A stretch of 27,551 nucleotides of DNA from positions 1 through 27,551 of the IMG/VR virus record IMGVR_UViG_3300027892_002409; one strand, written 5' to 3'. The position numbers and the translations under genes were made by a program. The first letter of the stretch is position 1; each line of letters begins with the position of its first letter. Below, in pieces: positions 24,709 to 27,551 of this stretch. The notes below the pieces were generated by a model. The model made no database searches. It saw only the letters and a list, made by a program, of their open reading frames with translations, and was not told where the DNA came from. The DNA is from a virus. Taxonomy: Duplodnaviria; Caudoviricetes.

Positions 24709-25951
24709 ATCTAGTACATTTTGCATGCACCCTTTCACAGGGTTGGCAACTCGAGAAGACGGTGCTATAAAAGTATGTTGCCGAAGCCAACCCATAGGCT
24801 GGATACAAGATGAAAGTTTAGAAGATGTTTGGAATGGGACCATGATGCGTGAAGTACGTAAAAAAGTACTATGCGGGGAGCGGCCTGAAGTTTGCAAGCC
24901 ATGTTTTGACCTAGAAGATCAAGGAGTTGAAAGTCTACGTCAGCGTCACATCAACGGTATCATACCCGAAGCACGTATTAATTTATATCCTGATACTCTA
25001 CTACAAGAAATAATGCCATTTGAATTTCCTACTATGGAAATTAAACTCAATAATCTGTGCAATCTAAAATGTCGCATGTGTAATCCACTCGATAGCACTA
25101 ACTGGAAAGACTGGGACAAAGTTGTTCCCTTTTACAAAAAAGAAAATAACTACCTAGTACCTACTGTAGAACGACTGGTAAATAAACCAGGACAATATAT
25201 TGGTCCGTTTGATGATACTGACAGATGGTGGGATAGTTTTGAAAAACTGTTACCACACTTTAAACGTGTTGAGTTTGCAGGTGGCGAACCACTAATGGAT
25301 CCACAGCACTACAAGATTTTAGATATGCTCAAGCCTTACGGGGCTAACATAGAATTAAAATATGCTACCAACGGAACAACAATGGGTATTAGCAAAGGAC
25401 GAACAATACACGACTACTGGCCACATTTTAGAAGTATCGCTGTCAATGTTAGTCTTGACGGTATACACGATGTTTACAATTATATACGAGGTAATGCTGA
25501 TTTTACTCAAGTTGAAGCAAACATCAAAGAAATAAAAAAGATATCCAACGTAAGTCGTGTAGTAGGTGCGTTTACCGCACAGGCTGGTAACATATTACAA
25601 GCCGCAGAGTGTATTGATTATTTTATTAACAAGATGGATATTGTATTTTACAGTCATCGTGTGAGTTATCCCAACTGCTTATCAGCACAGGTGTTACCTA
25701 ACGAGTTAAAGGCATTGGCTATTACAAAACTGTTAACAGTTAAATCACAAGTAGATACATGGGATGCTGTTAAAAAGAATCCTCTGTTGGCTAAAATTAC
25801 ACATCAACAGATACAAGACAACATTAATTACTTACAAGCCAAAGATCAGAATAATTTGTGGCAAGACTTTTTAGATTTTAATTTTGCATTAGACTCTACT
25901 CGAAATCAAGACTTGTTGGCAGTTATACCAGAATTTAAACCGTATGTATAA
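24698..25951 (+). CDS. Radical SAM protein with N-terminal twitch/SPASM-like domain
   Basis: FCMHPF..VCC...CKPC; CNLKCRMC; GGEP; TNG; SLDG...YIR. Confidence 0.92.
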   Translation: MKDKSSTFCMHPFTGLATREDGAIKVCCRSQPIGWIQDESLEDVWNGTMMREVRKKVLCGERPEVCKPCFDLEDQGVESLRQRHINGIIPEARINLYPDTLLQEIMPFEFPTMEIKLNNLCNLKCRMCNPLDSTNWKDWDKVVPFYKKENNYLVPTVERLVNKPGQYIGPFDDTDRWWDSFEKLLPHFKRVEFAGGEPLMDPQHYKILDMLKPYGANIELKYATNGTTMGISKGRTIHDYWPHFRSIAVNVSLDGIHDVYNYIRGNADFTQVEANIKEIKKISNVSRVVGAFTAQAGNILQAAECIDYFINKMDIVFYSHRVSYPNCLSAQVLPNELKALAITKLLTVKSQVDTWDAVKKNPLLAKITHQQIQDNINYLQAKDQNNLWQDFLDFNFALDSTRNQDLLAVIPEFKPYV

Positions 25952-26834
25952 AATAACTAGTTCTTGGCCGCATCAAGATCAAATAAAAGTTGAATGGAAT
26001 CTTGGCAAGCGTTGTAACTACGATTGTACATATTGTCCTTCAAGTATTCATGATAATCATAGTCCGCATACAGATATTAACATCCTAGAAGCAACTGTTG
26101 ATAAACTATGCGAAATTGGAAAACCGTTACGTATTAGTTTAACAGGTGGCGAACCTTGTGTACATCCCGATATAGAAGATCTACTAGACTACTTTAAGCG
26201 TAAGGATATATTCTGGGTCAACTTAACAACCAACGGCACTCGACCTGCTAACTGGTATTTGCAAAACGAAATGTATTTTAATCACCTAGTGTTTAGCCTG
26301 CATTTTGAATATGACTGGCAGCGTGTGGTGAGAACAATTAATGAGTTCTATGACAGAACTCAAACAGACTTCTTTGTTAACATCATGGCTCATCACGATC
26401 ATATGGACAGTGTTCGCAAAGTAGTTAAAGAGTTTCGAGAGAAAGGGATTAGATTTGCTGTGCGTAGAATACGTTGGACTGAGGGTGATCACAATGTATT
26501 TGACGATATGCGCTATGATGGTAACGACTTAGAATGGATTATCTCACAGGATGCTACCGCAAAGGCTAATTGTAGAATAGACGATGTAGAAATTATGCAT
26601 GCCAACGATGTAATAAAATTGCACATGAACAAATACAAAGGTTGGACCTGTAACGCAGGTATAGAAAGTCTGATGATAAATTGGGACGGAGATGTACACA
26701 GAGCGACTTGCAGAGTCGGTGGTAGTCTTGGCAACATCTATGAAGGCAACTTCGTTGCTCCTAGCAACCCCGTAACTTGTGACCGTGATTTCTGTACCTG
26801 TGCAGCAGACATTCCATTGACTAAAACAAAATGA
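25944..26834 (+). CDS. Radical SAM protein with C-terminal SPASM-like domain
   Basis: CNYDCTYC, GGEP and TTNG; TCNAG...ATC...CDRDFCTC. Confidence 0.92.
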   Translation: MYKITSSWPHQDQIKVEWNLGKRCNYDCTYCPSSIHDNHSPHTDINILEATVDKLCEIGKPLRISLTGGEPCVHPDIEDLLDYFKRKDIFWVNLTTNGTRPANWYLQNEMYFNHLVFSLHFEYDWQRVVRTINEFYDRTQTDFFVNIMAHHDHMDSVRKVVKEFREKGIRFAVRRIRWTEGDHNVFDDMRYDGNDLEWIISQDATAKANCRIDDVEIMHANDVIKLHMNKYKGWTCNAGIESLMINWDGDVHRATCRVGGSLGNIYEGNFVAPSNPVTCDRDFCTCAADIPLTKTK

Positions 26835-26840
26835 AAATAT

Positions 26841-27551
26841 CTACATCAGGTGTTTCAATTCTGGAAATACATCAGAGAACTTAGTTTTTCTAACGATATC
26901 TAGAGACTCGATATATTCCTTAAATGCTGGTAGTTGTGCCGTATGATCTTCGGCATCCATAAAGTCTAATACTGCTTGCCAACGTTTCCATCCATAAGGA
27001 TTGTTTTTCCAAAAATCTTCATCTTGCCTGTAGTTGGTATGCAGCCAGTTAGCAAGTTCTGCAAAGCTGCTGCGTACTTGTGCCTTATCTTCTGCAGGCA
27101 ATAGTCTAATACTCAGAAAGGTGGGTATGTACAACAGATGCATATTAATAATTCCGCCACCTGCTTGTATTCCGCCTACTGTATTTTCAAGATTGACTTT
27201 TTTAAAGTTCTGTGTGATCTTCCACTTGGCAAAATCAGCCAAGTGTTTGATGTTTAATATCTGTATAGCGGTGGCAATGCTAACTTGTATGTTGTTGGGT
27301 GTGTTATCTAGTTTGTGAAGATTATGTTCGATAGTGGCCCAATCACTAGGATAACGTATATACCAATTACGGTCGCCAACAGCGTCAATACTAAAACCCA
27401 CTTTAACTTTTTTGAATTTTTTCCATAGTTCAATAATTTCATCATCTACTAGTAATCCATTCGTATTGTAACGTATAAGGATTTTATCAGCATATCCCTG
27501 TCGAATGATTTCTTCAAGAAACCATTTATGTTCACGAATCATTAAAGGTTC
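26841..27551 (-). CDS. Radical SAM protein, C-terminal part (5' end outside window)
   Basis: Frame is open to the window edge (EPLMIREH, i.e. just after GG); YNTNG and SIDA....YIRYP; paralogous to 24698-25951. Confidence 0.82.
   Translation of the reverse strand, partial: EPLMIREHKWFLEEIIRQGYADKILIRYNTNGLLVDDEIIELWKKFKKVKVGFSIDAVGDRNWYIRYPSDWATIEHNLHKLDNTPNNIQVSIATAIQILNIKHLADFAKWKITQNFKKVNLENTVGGIQAGGGIINMHLLYIPTFLSIRLLPAEDKAQVRSSFAELANWLHTNYRQDEDFWKNNPYGWKRWQAVLDFMDAEDHTAQLPAFKEYIESLDIVRKTKFSDVFPELKHLM

Noticed and set aside
5018-27551. Cellular secondary-metabolite cluster or classical RiPP locus
   Set aside because: No transporter, regulator, core synthase or recognisable precursor peptide; the fibre gene, late-type motifs, tRNA array and tight packing point to a phage
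1-27551. Alternative genetic code
   Set aside because: Standard code 11 gives full-length, densely tiled ORFs ending in all three stop codons, and no suppressor tRNA is seen

Overview
Most likely part of a large T4-like (myovirus-type) bacteriophage genome. The omega-subunit sequence suggests a proteobacterial host. Positions 1-3290 are a host-interaction region: five CCA-ending tRNA genes interleaved with a phage RNA polymerase omega gene and a 2OG-Fe(II) oxygenase, then a consensus sigma70 promoter driving a zincin peptidase, a CX5R phosphatase, a small protein and a metallophosphoesterase. The block ends in a candidate H-type pseudoknot and a UUCG terminator. Positions 3351-5015 encode a tail-fibre/receptor-binding-like protein with a recent 198-bp internal duplication. 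From 5018 to past the window end lies a dense island of about 29 genes, mostly tailoring enzymes: 9 2OG-Fe(II)/AspH-like oxygenases, 6 radical SAM proteins, an amidinotransferase, a PRMT-like methyltransferase, a PLP enzyme, an adenylate-forming enzyme, a QueC-like PP-loop protein, 2 SDRs, 2 SGNH proteins, and tentative GNAT-, kinase- and glycosyltransferase-like proteins. The island is built from alternating-strand operons. Each divergent junction carries back-to-back nTAA(A/G)TA late-promoter-like motifs, five of six only 4-5 nt before an ATG. All protein calls come from motif recognition by eye; no database search was run.
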